A stretch of 64,000 nt of DNA from NCBI GenBank assembly GCA_965243025.1, contig CBDETY010000003.1, forward strand, positions 3,072,001 to 3,136,000, in the 5' to 3' direction. Below the pieces are notes generated by a model. The model was not told the origin of the DNA and made no database searches. It saw only the letters and a list, made by a program, of their open reading frames with translations. Position numbers and translations under genes: made by a program. How positions within the stretch are numbered: position 1 is the first letter of the stretch; every line of letters begins with the position of its first letter. This document shows positions 46,771 to 56,149 of the stretch, in pieces. The stretch is from Candidatus Latescibacterota bacterium (lineage in GTDB: Bacteria > Latescibacterota > UBA2968 > UBA8231).

Positions 46771-48378
46771 TCACGCGTAGCTGATCGCCACCTCCACGTC
46801 CATCAGGAGGATGGGCGCCGACCTCTGCACGGCGCCGCGCAGCAGCCGCACCTCCAGCTCGTTCTCCCCCTTCCTCAGCGGCGGGCAGGCCAGGTCGAAC
46901 TCGATGGCCGCTCCCGAATAGCTGGCGTGGGTGAGCCTGGCGGGGAACCCGCTCCACTCGACCCGCCCCCAGTCCCCGAAATTCGTCCTCGACAGCTCCG
47001 AGCCGAGCTGCTCGCCGTTGAGCCACACCTCCATCTCGTCCTCGCCGCTGCAGCCGGTGAGCTTCAGGCTCAGCACGCAACTCTTCAGCACCCCCTCCGC
47101 CGAAGCCGCGGCCAGGTCGTCGGCTATCCCGAAGCGGAGCGCCGGCCCCCTCGGGGTCAGCGTCTCGGCCAGGGCGACCGGCAGCTGCGAGGCCGGCACC
47201 GCGTTCTGGAAGGCGTAGTCGTGCAGGTCCCGGTCGGCCAGGTCGCGGCCGTAATCCCAGCGGAACCGGGTGTTCTCCATCTGGTAGCGCTTGTCGAGCC
47301 TGGCGAGGGCCGCCGGGTCGGCAAGCTCGGCGAACATCCGGCGCTTCCACTCGGGAGGCTTGCTGAAGTAGTTGAACAGGTAGATTCCGGAGGCGCCGGC
47401 CTCATAGTGGCGCGCGGCGATGGCGCGGATCACCTCGTCGTCCAGGGCGGGCCTGAGCCGCTCGATGCAACCGTACACGAGGCAGCCGGTTCCCTCGGCC
47501 GCCTCCACGAACTCCCCGACAGGGGTCTCGAAAGGGATGAAGCCGCCCCCCGCGATCGCGATGTCCACCAGTCCCTCGGCCATCCACGCGGCGACGTCGA
47601 GGCCGATCCTGGCCGCGTCGGACAGCGTCGGGGGCACCCTGACGGCGAGGTCGATGCGGCGCCCCCGGTCCGCCGCCACCTCGGCCATCCGGCCCTTTAC
47701 GCGGCGCACCAGGTCCGTCATCAGGTGGCGGTTGGCGAAGCCGCTCCCGAGGGGGAAGAAGGTGGGATGGCGCATGAAGTCGAGCTCGACGCCGTCGACG
47801 TCGAAGCGCTCGAACAGCTCGCAAATGACCGCTGCCATGTGCCTGCGAACTTCCGGGTGGGTGTAGTCGACTCCGGTGCGGACCCCCCACTCGAGGCTGC
47901 CCCGGGGCAAGGTCTCGCCCGGCTTGCCGATCAGGGCCTCCGGGTGGTCGCGCCGGAAGCGGCTCTCTCCCGACCCGTCGAGGCCGGCGTCGTAGTGGCT
48001 GTTCATCCGCACCGACGGGAAGATGTCGAGACCCGCCTCCCTGCAGAGCTCCACCAACGCGGTCAGGGGGCCGCCCCGTTCCTCGATCAGGCTGCGAATG
48101 TTGGCGGCGCGGGCCGCCAGGCGCGGGTCGTCGAACGGCGTGTCCTCCTCGCCCGGAGGGGACTCCTGCCCGGCACCGAACATCTCCCCCACGCGGGTCT
48201 CGTGCTGGTACACCTCCCTGTTGCCGATGCACCACAGCAGCGCCCCCAAAGGCGCGCCGCGGTAGGTGTCGACCATCTTCTCCTTCAGGTCGCGGGCGGT
48301 CAGAGGGGGTTGGGCCTCGCTCATGATCCAGCCGTCGTCGTTGACCAGGAGCGGGCGGTGGGTCGCCGGTGCGGACAT
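46771..48378 (-). CDS. GHL10/DUF187-like TIM-barrel glycoside hydrolase-like protein
   Basis: 'VNDDG', 'SVRMN', 'DYTHPEVR', 'DGVELDFMR', 'GIYLFNY'. Confidence 0.75.
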   Translation of the reverse strand: MSAPATHRPLLVNDDGWIMSEAQPPLTARDLKEKMVDTYRGAPLGALLWCIGNREVYQHETRVGEMFGAGQESPPGEEDTPFDDPRLAARAANIRSLIEERGGPLTALVELCREAGLDIFPSVRMNSHYDAGLDGSGESRFRRDHPEALIGKPGETLPRGSLEWGVRTGVDYTHPEVRRHMAAVICELFERFDVDGVELDFMRHPTFFPLGSGFANRHLMTDLVRRVKGRMAEVAADRGRRIDLAVRVPPTLSDAARIGLDVAAWMAEGLVDIAIAGGGFIPFETPVGEFVEAAEGTGCLVYGCIERLRPALDDEVIRAIAARHYEAGASGIYLFNYFSKPPEWKRRMFAELADPAALARLDKRYQMENTRFRWDYGRDLADRDLHDYAFQNAVPASQLPVALAETLTPRGPALRFGIADDLAAASAEGVLKSCVLSLKLTGCSGEDEMEVWLNGEQLGSELSRTNFGDWGRVEWSGFPARLTHASYSGAAIEFDLACPPLRKGENELEVRLLRGAVQRSAPILLMDVEVAISYA

Positions 48379-48568
48379 TGCGGTCTCCCTGTTCGGTCAT
48401 CCAGTCATGGATGCGTCAGTGTATCGTATAATAACGGAAGAAGGGAAGCGATCCATGCGGTCGCCGCGGCGGCAACGGACCAGCCGGGAGGCAGTCCGGC
48501 GCCTGTGAAACCACCGCGGATGGAGGCGCAGTCTCCGGGACCGCTTCAACAACGACAGGGGGACAACC

Positions 48569-50104
48569 ATGAAGGACAGGCCCAATCTGGTCTTCATAAC
48601 GAGCGATTCGCAGCGTTTCGACACGCTGGCCTGCTATGGCAATCACCAGATCCAGGTCCCCAACCTCAACGCCCTGGCGGAGACGGGCCACGTCTTCGAG
48701 AACGCCTGCATCACCATGCCGCCCTGCGCGCCGGCGCGGTCAACGATCATGACCGGGCTGTATCCCCACGCCAACGGGTGCGATTTCGACCTGGCGGCGC
48801 TGAGCCCGGAGGTGCCGACCATCGCCGAGCTGCTCCCCCAGGATTACCACTGCGCGTTCTGCGGCCACTGGTCCCTTGGCGACGAACTCGTCCCGCAGCA
48901 CGGATTTGCGGAATGGGTCGGAATCAGGGACGAGTGGACGAGGCATGCCTCCAGGCCGGAATACCGGGAGCTGTTCAGCGCCTACCATCAGTACCTGGTG
49001 GCCAACGGCTTCCAGCCGGATGTGCAGAGGCGCGCGGATGCGCCGGCGGCCCCGGCCGACTGGCGCAACGCCATGGTATTCGACATGGTGACGTCGGCCG
49101 AACTGGAAGAGCCTTTCACCAAGGCGGGCTTCGTCGGCCGCGAAGCATCCCGCTTCATCCGCGAGAACCGGGGCCGGCCCTTCGCGCTGTATGTCAGCCT
49201 CCTCGAGCCCCACACTCCCTGTTCCGGGCCATTCAACGACCTTTACCCCCCGGAGTCGGTGCCCGTCGGGCCCCACTTCATGAAGGCGCCGCCGGCGAAT
49301 GCCGCGCTGGTCAACCGGCTGGCCGCCGAGACCTATTTCGAGTGGCGCCGGCAGGATGATCCGGACCCGCGGAGCGACTGGATAGCCCGTACCGGCGGGT
49401 CCCGCATGACGCCGGCAGATCTGCGCACCGGGGCATTCTGGCGCAAGTTCCGCGCTCAGTACTGGGGGCAGATAACCCTGATGGACCGCGCCGTGGGCGG
49501 CATTCTGCGCACCCTGGAGGAGTGCGACCTGGCGGATCGCACGATCGTCGTCTTCACGAGCGACCACGGCGCGATGATGGGCGACCATGCCCTTCTGACC
49601 ACACCCTACCTGTACGAGGAAAACGTCAGGGTGCCGCTTCTGGTGCGGGTGCCCTGGCTGGCCGACAGGCGGAGAACGGTCCCGGGACGGGCCAGCCACG
49701 TCGACCTCGTGCCGACCTTGCTCGAACTCATGGGAGCGCCGATTCCAGCGAATCTGCAGGGGAGGAGTCTGGTCCCGGTTCTCGAGAACGAGGCCACCCT
49801 CGAGGAGAACGATGTTTTCATCCAGCTGCACAGTCCCGCCAACCGGGAGCTGTGGCGGCCCTGCACCGGGGAGGAGATGCGTATCGTCTCCGGTCCCTGG
49901 CGGGGGATCGTCTCCGCCGAGGGGTGGAAGCTCAACCTGAGCCCGGTGGATCAGTGTGAGCTCTACGATCTGAACACCGACCCCCACGAGCAGCGCAACC
50001 TCTTCGACGATCCGGCTCAAAGGGATCGGGTCCGGACCCTTGCCGACCGCATCCGTGCCTGGCAGGAGCGAACCGAAGACTCGATGCCCCTTCCGGCGGT
50101 GTAG
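48569..50104 (+). CDS. Sulfatase
   Basis: 'PNLVFITSD', 'CAPARS', 'SDHG', 'ELYDLNTDPHE'. Confidence 0.92.
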   Translation: MKDRPNLVFITSDSQRFDTLACYGNHQIQVPNLNALAETGHVFENACITMPPCAPARSTIMTGLYPHANGCDFDLAALSPEVPTIAELLPQDYHCAFCGHWSLGDELVPQHGFAEWVGIRDEWTRHASRPEYRELFSAYHQYLVANGFQPDVQRRADAPAAPADWRNAMVFDMVTSAELEEPFTKAGFVGREASRFIRENRGRPFALYVSLLEPHTPCSGPFNDLYPPESVPVGPHFMKAPPANAALVNRLAAETYFEWRRQDDPDPRSDWIARTGGSRMTPADLRTGAFWRKFRAQYWGQITLMDRAVGGILRTLEECDLADRTIVVFTSDHGAMMGDHALLTTPYLYEENVRVPLLVRVPWLADRRRTVPGRASHVDLVPTLLELMGAPIPANLQGRSLVPVLENEATLEENDVFIQLHSPANRELWRPCTGEEMRIVSGPWRGIVSAEGWKLNLSPVDQCELYDLNTDPHEQRNLFDDPAQRDRVRTLADRIRAWQERTEDSMPLPAV

Positions 50105-50271
50105 CCGGGCCCTCCCGCTGTGAAGGACCGGGCTGTAATCACATGCGGATCGCCGCGGCGCTGAGGGATCGAGTTCTGGTTTTATTTCATCGCGGAACAA
50201 ACGACCTGGAGGGTATCCAGCGCGGGAAGGCAACCCCGACCCGGCGAGACCGACAGAAACCGGAGGAGACA

Positions 50272-51720
50272 ATGGAGTCCCAGCTGCTGCACGATTTCGG
50301 CACGAAGAAGCAGATCCTTTTCGACGACGCCCTGGTGGCGGACAACCGCGGGTTCCACCTGACCATGAACCCCGCGGTGCGGGCCGAGCAGCCGGCGGTG
50401 GTCGCCGACAGGCCGTGGGAAGCCGGGGGCGCCAGCCAGCCGAGCGTCGCCGCCTGCGCCGACGGCCGGCACCGGATGTGGTACTACAGCACCGAGGGCC
50501 GCGGGGGCAGCCAGTTGCTGTGCTACGCCGAATCCGCCGACGGCATCGAGTGGGAAAAGCCCGATCTCGGGGTCTGCGAGTTCGAGGGGAGCACGAAGAA
50601 CAACATCGCCGCCCGCGGCATCCACGCCGGCGTCTTCGAGGACCCGCACGACGTCCCGGAACGGCGTTACAAGCTGATCGGCTCGGACGGGACCAAGTGG
50701 GGGGTGACGAGCGTCAACTGCGGCGGCGCCCGCTTCCGGTATTTCAAGGGGGAGCTGGAAACCTGGGAGTACCAGGGCGTCATCGGCGCGCACTCGCCCG
50801 ACGGCATCCACTGGACGAAGTACGACGAGCCGATCATGCCGTGGTACACCGACACCCACAACGTCGCCTTCTGGGACGACGGCATCGGGCGCTACGTCGC
50901 CTACGTCCGATGGAACGACCACCTGCACGTAAACGAGGAGGGCCGCCAGGTCGGCTCCTTCGACTACCGCTCCATCGCCCGCTCCGAGAGCGACGACTTC
51001 GCCAGCTTCCCCGAGCCGGTGAAGGTCCACGAGCCGGACTTCAGCCTCCCGGAGGACGACGACCTGGCCGGCGGCGGGCTCTACAACACCGGGGCGGTCA
51101 AGTACCCCCTCGCCGCCGACGCCTACCTGATCTTTCCCTCGGCCTACCACCACACCAGCGACACCCTCGACATCCAGCTGGCGACGAGCCGCGACGGCAT
51201 CGACTTCGACCGCTGGCTCGATCCGTTCGTGCGGCTGGGGCCGACGGGCCGCTTCGACTCGCGGTCCCTCTACATGGGGCCCGGCCTGGTTCCCGCAGGG
51301 GACGAGCTGTTCCTCTACTACGGCGGGCACCCGAACCGGCACGACCTCGACATCGAAGACAGGGAACCCGGGGCGATCGGCCGTCTCCGCGTCCGCCTCG
51401 ACGGCTTCGTCTCCCACGACGCCGAAGCCGAGGAAGCGTCGCTGACCACGGTCCCGTTCGCGCTCGCCGGAGACCGGCTGCAGGTCAACATGGATGCCAG
51501 CTCGCGCGGCTGGCTCGAGGTGGAGGTTCTCGACGCCAGCGGGCACGCCCTGTGGGGGTACGGGAAGACAGAGGCCGACCGCCTCCATTTCAACGACGTC
51601 GCCCAGGCCGTCACCTGGAACGGGTCGGGCGACCTGTCGACCCTGCGGGGACGAAACGTGCGGCTCCGCTTCAGCGGCCGCTGGGTGAAGCTGTACGCCT
51701 TTCAGTTCCTGGGTTCGTAG
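50272..51720 (+). CDS. Five-bladed beta-propeller glycoside hydrolase-like protein (GH32/43/130 superfamily)
   Basis: GGAGG RBS; 'QILFDD', 'YAESADGIEWEKP', 'SPDGIHW', 'RLDGFVS', 'KLYAFQF'. Confidence 0.75.
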   Translation: MESQLLHDFGTKKQILFDDALVADNRGFHLTMNPAVRAEQPAVVADRPWEAGGASQPSVAACADGRHRMWYYSTEGRGGSQLLCYAESADGIEWEKPDLGVCEFEGSTKNNIAARGIHAGVFEDPHDVPERRYKLIGSDGTKWGVTSVNCGGARFRYFKGELETWEYQGVIGAHSPDGIHWTKYDEPIMPWYTDTHNVAFWDDGIGRYVAYVRWNDHLHVNEEGRQVGSFDYRSIARSESDDFASFPEPVKVHEPDFSLPEDDDLAGGGLYNTGAVKYPLAADAYLIFPSAYHHTSDTLDIQLATSRDGIDFDRWLDPFVRLGPTGRFDSRSLYMGPGLVPAGDELFLYYGGHPNRHDLDIEDREPGAIGRLRVRLDGFVSHDAEAEEASLTTVPFALAGDRLQVNMDASSRGWLEVEVLDASGHALWGYGKTEADRLHFNDVAQAVTWNGSGDLSTLRGRNVRLRFSGRWVKLYAFQFLGS

Positions 51721-51879
51721 CCTGAACGGGGAATTCGGGCTCCACTGCATCACGTTGCCTGCGGGCGGACCCGACCATCGATTTTTGGACGGAACCCGGG
51801 AAGCAGGACTTCAATCGCCGACCCTGCAGCTGCAATCGAGGATGAGATCGTCAGGTACTGGCCCAGTTGCTCCGCCAAG

Positions 51880-52206
51880 ACCATGGCGGCGGCCGAGCGC
51901 GTGCTGGTGGTGCCCTCGGTGGTCCAGTCGCCGTCGCCTTCGCCGCTGGAGGCGCGCTCGCGCACGCCGTACCACGCCGTACAGGGTATTGTGCTGGCCC
52001 GGTCAGAAAATGGCTGGTGACGGTTCGGGCCCACCGAGGTGTCGGTGCAGACGCCGCCGGAGCGGGTTTCGCGGTTCCCGGTGGTATCGGCGTCCGCGTC
52101 GGGCCCGATCCTTGGGCACCGCCTCCGCCATCGTCGCGGAAGGCGTAGCAGCAGTATTAAATCCCGTATCCGGTGATCGGGGCGCCGCTGGCCGGCGCCG
52201 TCCAAG
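51880..52206 (-). pseudogene. Fibronectin type III domain remnant
   Basis: 'WTAPASGAPITGY' followed by a stop; 'YGVRERASSGEGDGDW' in another frame. Confidence 0.5.
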
Positions 52207-52226
52207 AGACGACGAGGGCCCCGGTG

Positions 52227-53144
52227 CTAGCGGAAAGGGGGTTTGCGCCACCATTCCGACGCGATCGTTGCACCCACAATAGGGCCAAAAAAGGCGCTGG
52301 AAAACAGTAATATGGCACTGCCTTCCCCCTTTTCAAAAAGGGTACCTATTGTATAAGGCACTCCTACTCCACCCAACAAACTGCCCGCAAATGTAATTAA
52401 AAAATTATCATGCGGATCAACTGCACTCACCCCAATCGGGGTTCCAACCACGTTGCCACCCCAAAAACCGAAAGTAGCAGGAACCACCCAGCCGAAATTA
52501 CTATCGTCTGTATTCAACATGATTTGTGCTCCTAATAGCCCCCCTACGGCACCCGCCAGCACTCCGGATCCCAACTTTTTTCCGAGGCGAAAATCGTCGC
52601 TTTTTTCTCTATTTTTTGCCTCTTCCCCTGGCATACTGAGCCGTTCTGTATTCTCTCCGCCTTCTCGTTTTTTTTGAAAGGCAGGGCGCGGGGGGATTCT
52701 ACCTGAAGGGCCGGGGACATGATCAGCCATTTCGGCATGCACCCCGTCCGAATTCATTTTATCAAAGAGGCCTCCCATCGGGAAAGGAGTTTTTTTCTCC
52801 GGCAAAATCCCGGTCCAGTAGACATTTTTTTGATAGTGCCATAAGGGTGGTTTCATCTTCATCCAGTTGTACAACTTGACCTTCGAATTCCCGCTTTCAG
52901 GTCTGGAACAAGATATCCCGCTTTGATTGAAGCTGACCCTCGCAAGAGCCCGGCCGATGTACGCGGAATGGATGGCGTTGCGCCCGGTCCCCACCCTCCA
53001 ATCCGCCCAAGCATTCCAGTTTACCTGCTGGCGGTTATACACCCCCGGAAACCACCTCCCTATCGAAAACTCCTCCTGAGCTTCCACCGGCTCACCAAGA
53101 GCCAGAAGCACCGGAACCAAGGGATACGATCGTTGAAACCTCAT
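52227..53144 (-). CDS. Low-GC secreted/membrane hypothetical protein, possibly chimeric
   Basis: GGAGG RBS, signal peptide ending 'VEA', Gly-zipper-rich hydrophobic C-terminal half. Confidence 0.55.
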   Translation of the reverse strand: MRFQRSYPLVPVLLALGEPVEAQEEFSIGRWFPGVYNRQQVNWNAWADWRVGTGRNAIHSAYIGRALARVSFNQSGISCSRPESGNSKVKLYNWMKMKPPLWHYQKNVYWTGILPEKKTPFPMGGLFDKMNSDGVHAEMADHVPGPSGRIPPRPAFQKKREGGENTERLSMPGEEAKNREKSDDFRLGKKLGSGVLAGAVGGLLGAQIMLNTDDSNFGWVVPATFGFWGGNVVGTPIGVSAVDPHDNFLITFAGSLLGGVGVPYTIGTLFEKGEGSAILLFSSAFFGPIVGATIASEWWRKPPFR

Positions 53145-53194
53145 TGGGATTAATCCTCCCCAAAAAAGACGGACCGCACAGCTTGTACCTCATT

Positions 53195-53760
53195 TTATTG
53201 CAGGAGGGTCATTTCCTGAGTGAGTGCTTTCTCTCCGGCGGTGATTCGTTAGAGATAGACGGCGGCGGCGGCGGGCAGTCCCTGGTCGTCTCGTCCCTCC
53301 CCCCGTTCTGTTGGTGCAACCACCTCTCAATGGAAAATCTTCCTGTTCGCTCCACTCAAGGATGCCGGAGTTGTCGCCCGACTCCACGGTGAAGTTCGCT
53401 GGGGCCTCGGGTAGAGTAGGGGCATTGGCAGAGAGCTTCTCAAGGAAACCTGGTTCATTCGGAATGCCTTTTCGCATTACCCCAAGTACGGGGAAAAAAT
53501 GGAGGTTTGCACAGGTGTCCTCTCCCCGTCAGAATGGCTCACCTGATTACCCTGGAGCACCGCATTGACTGCCCATATTTCGTTTATGAAAACCGGAACA
53601 TCGATGGACCAGAGGATCCGGCCACTTAATTCCAAGCCGTACCCAGGGAGAAATACATTTGATACTCCAATGCTTGGATAATCGAATTCATACTTGGGAG
53701 CAGGGGCAGTCCATTGCGCATCACCCTTGGATGCTGATTATGCTTGGTGTCGAATTCGGG
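53195..53760 (-). pseudogene. Collapsed surface-protein gene (FN3 start plus FlgD/T9SS-like C-terminal tail)
   Basis: 'PEAPANFTVESGDNSGILEWS'; tail EGRDDQGLPAAAAVYL*RITAGEKALTQEMTLLQ* with an in-frame TAA at 53249-53251. Confidence 0.6.
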
Positions 53761-53769
53761 CAACGGGGC

Positions 53770-55329
53770 TCAGTCGCCGAAGCGGTAGCTGTAGAGGACT
53801 GCGTGGCTGTAGCGGATGCACACCACGACCTCCTCGCCGACCAGCCCGGCGGCGTTGTCGCGGTGCTTCCAGCGCACCGGGGCGGCGACCGAGTTCTCCA
53901 TGACCGACACGCAGTCCTCGTACCGGTAGCCGTCGATCGGCGTCCAGTCCGGCCGCCGCAGCTCGACGACGCACTCCCGCTCCGCCCACTCCTCGACGAC
54001 CTCTAGATTGACCGTCAGCTCGGGGCCTTCGACGCGCACCGGCCGGGTGATGATCCAGGCGGATGCATCCGTCCCGTCCGGCCCGCGCCCCCTGAGATTG
54101 CGGCTCGCCATGCCGACGAAGCCGTCGAGCCGCAGGTGGGCCCCGGCGATGCAGCGCACCCCGTCGGGGTGCCGCTCCTCGGTGCGGGAGCAGTCGTAGT
54201 AGATGTACATGCGGTCGCCGACGACGATGGGCTCGTTGTGCAGCGGCACGACGCTGCAGCGGTCGTGGGCGCCCGGGGCGCCGACCGGAATGAACGGCTG
54301 GTCGCGGAAGACCCGCTTCCAGGGGCCGCCGTCGCGGTGGGACAGCAGGTAGGTGCTCGACAGGCCGCCGGTGCGCAGGCTGCTGGCGAACAGGAAGGCG
54401 AGGTCCTGGTTGCCGTAGTTGAAGGGGATGAAGCTCTCGAACTGCATCAGCTCGCCGTGGCCGTCCAGCTCGTCCGGGGTCAGCACCACCTCGTTCGGGC
54501 TGGTGAACTCGACGAGGTCCTCGCTGTAGCTCAGCCCGAGGAAGCGGGTGTACCCGGTCCCGGGGATCGGCTCGCTCAGCGGCCGGTCGAACAGCATCCA
54601 GCGCCGGTTGCGGTGGTCGCGCATCAGGATCATGCGGTCCCCCCCCTCGCACCCCTTGAAGCGCTCCAGCGGCTGGTTCCAGTGGATGCCGTCCGGGCTG
54701 CAGGTGATGTACTTGGCCCGGTGCGCCCAGAACCGCTCCATGTCCTCCTCGGGGCGTTCGAGCAGGTGCACGCGGTTGTCCCAGACGTGGGAGGTCTCCC
54801 AGTGGGCGATCATCTTGTAGCGGCGCTCCGGGTCCTCCTCGGCCTCGTCGCGGATGATGGTGTGGCCGTCCCAGTTGGTGACGCAGCCGGCGAACTGCCG
54901 CGACGCCGCCTCCCCGGTGAGGAAGATGTTGTTTTCCCGGGAGCCGCGGTGCTCGTAGAGGCCGAGGTTGGGCTTCTCCCAGGTGAGGCCGTCGGTCGAC
55001 TCTGCGTACATGCCGAGGGAGTGGTGGGTGATCGGGCACTCCCCCGGCATTCCCTGCGGGAAGAAGCCGTACTCCGTGCCGCGGCCCCAGACGCCGGCGC
55101 GGCCCATGTCGTGCCCCTTGGTCAGGTACGACAGGTACCAAAGGCGCAGGCGGCCGTCCTCCTCGCGGATGGCGTTGCCCCAGGCGGCGACGCCGCGGCC
55201 TGGCTCGCCGCTGGTGATCAGGGGACCGGGCAGCTTGGTCGGCTGGTTGAGGACGCGCCAGGTGCCGAAGGTCTGGTGGATTTCCTCGTCGTCGACGAAC
55301 AGGTGCTTCCCCATGTCGTGCGTGGTCAC
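53770..55329 (-). CDS. Five-bladed beta-propeller glycoside hydrolase-like protein
   Basis: 'KHLFVDD', 'YAESTDGLTWEKP', 'SPDGIHW', 'RLDGFV', 'LYSYRF'. Confidence 0.75.
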   Translation of the reverse strand: MTTHDMGKHLFVDDEEIHQTFGTWRVLNQPTKLPGPLITSGEPGRGVAAWGNAIREEDGRLRLWYLSYLTKGHDMGRAGVWGRGTEYGFFPQGMPGECPITHHSLGMYAESTDGLTWEKPNLGLYEHRGSRENNIFLTGEAASRQFAGCVTNWDGHTIIRDEAEEDPERRYKMIAHWETSHVWDNRVHLLERPEEDMERFWAHRAKYITCSPDGIHWNQPLERFKGCEGGDRMILMRDHRNRRWMLFDRPLSEPIPGTGYTRFLGLSYSEDLVEFTSPNEVVLTPDELDGHGELMQFESFIPFNYGNQDLAFLFASSLRTGGLSSTYLLSHRDGGPWKRVFRDQPFIPVGAPGAHDRCSVVPLHNEPIVVGDRMYIYYDCSRTEERHPDGVRCIAGAHLRLDGFVGMASRNLRGRGPDGTDASAWIITRPVRVEGPELTVNLEVVEEWAERECVVELRRPDWTPIDGYRYEDCVSVMENSVAAPVRWKHRDNAAGLVGEEVVVCIRYSHAVLYSYRFGD

Positions 55330-55447
55330 GTCACACCTTTCGCCCAGCGCTTCTTCCCGGCCTCGTCGCGGCTGTCCTCGCGGATGCGGTCGAGGATGGC
55401 GCGGGCGCGCGCCCTTCCCGGGAGATCGAGGTTCATCTGTGCTTCCA

Positions 55448-55834
55448 CTACGCCGCCTGGATGTCCGTGCGTGCGAAGTCCTCACCCTTGAACAGGAGCG
55501 GCTCCCCGGTCGTGCGCGCCAGGGCGTAGGCGAAACAGTCGCCGAGGTTGAGGCCCGCCGGATGGTTGCCCTTACCGAAGCGCCGCCAGGCGCGTCTCGC
55601 CTCCTGGGCATGCTCGGGCATGACCGGTTCCGGGTCGATCCCCGCCTTGTCCAGGAAGGCGTCGCACTCCTGCCCGGCCGCGGTGCCGCCGCGGCTCTCC
55701 ACGACGATGAACACCTCCAGCAGATTGACCACCGACATGCGGCAGTTCGGCGCCCCTGCGATCACCTTCTCGCAGCGCTCCGCATCCTCCTCGCGGAACA
55801 GAACGGCCAGCAGGGCCGAGCTGTCGACGATCAC
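55448..55834 (-). CDS. vapC: VapC PIN-domain toxin
   Basis: 'IVDSSAL', 'LNLGDCFAYALA', 'LLFKGEDF'. Confidence 0.93.
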   Translation of the reverse strand: MIVDSSALLAVLFREEDAERCEKVIAGAPNCRMSVVNLLEVFIVVESRGGTAAGQECDAFLDKAGIDPEPVMPEHAQEARRAWRRFGKGNHPAGLNLGDCFAYALARTTGEPLLFKGEDFARTDIQAA

Positions 55835-56088
55835 TTGGGCAGTCCGCGTTCGTCGTAGAGCAGATCGCCGTGCTCAACCGCGGAGGGGCCCGGGCCCAGC
55901 AGCCGGGCACAGCGCTCGGCGATTTCCCGCAACTCCCTGGCGCGGGTCTCGACGCTGCGTTCGCGCCTCTCCCGTTCGAGACGTTCCCGCAACGCCACGG
56001 TGATCGCCCGGGTCTTGGTCTCGCCGGTCAGTCGGGCGAGCTCCCCGGCCAGCCGGCAGGTCTCGTCGTTCTTGATGTTCAGGCTCAT
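55831..56088 (-). CDS. vapB: VapB antitoxin (Rv0623-like)
   Basis: 'MSLNIKN', 'LYDERGLPK'; 4-nt overlap with vapC. Confidence 0.9.
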   Translation of the reverse strand: MSLNIKNDETCRLAGELARLTGETKTRAITVALRERLERERRERSVETRARELREIAERCARLLGPGPSAVEHGDLLYDERGLPK

Positions 56089-56097
56089 TTCCGCTTC

Positions 56098-56130
56098 CAG
56101 GGTAGAATAGAGGTGTCGAGTTCTACCCTG
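56098..56130. promoter_or_regulatory. Inverted repeat upstream of vapB (probable autoregulatory operator)
   Basis: cagggtagaa-N13-ttctaccctg, perfect 10-bp arms. Confidence 0.6.
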
Positions 56131-56149
56131 ATTCTAAGCGGCGCCGCCA

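Noticed and set aside
46927-49359. Long antisense or alternative-frame ORFs (also 18689-20524, 42908-44908, 50182-51753)
   Set aside because: Shadow ORFs typical of high-GC DNA, overlapping well-supported genes and lacking motifs
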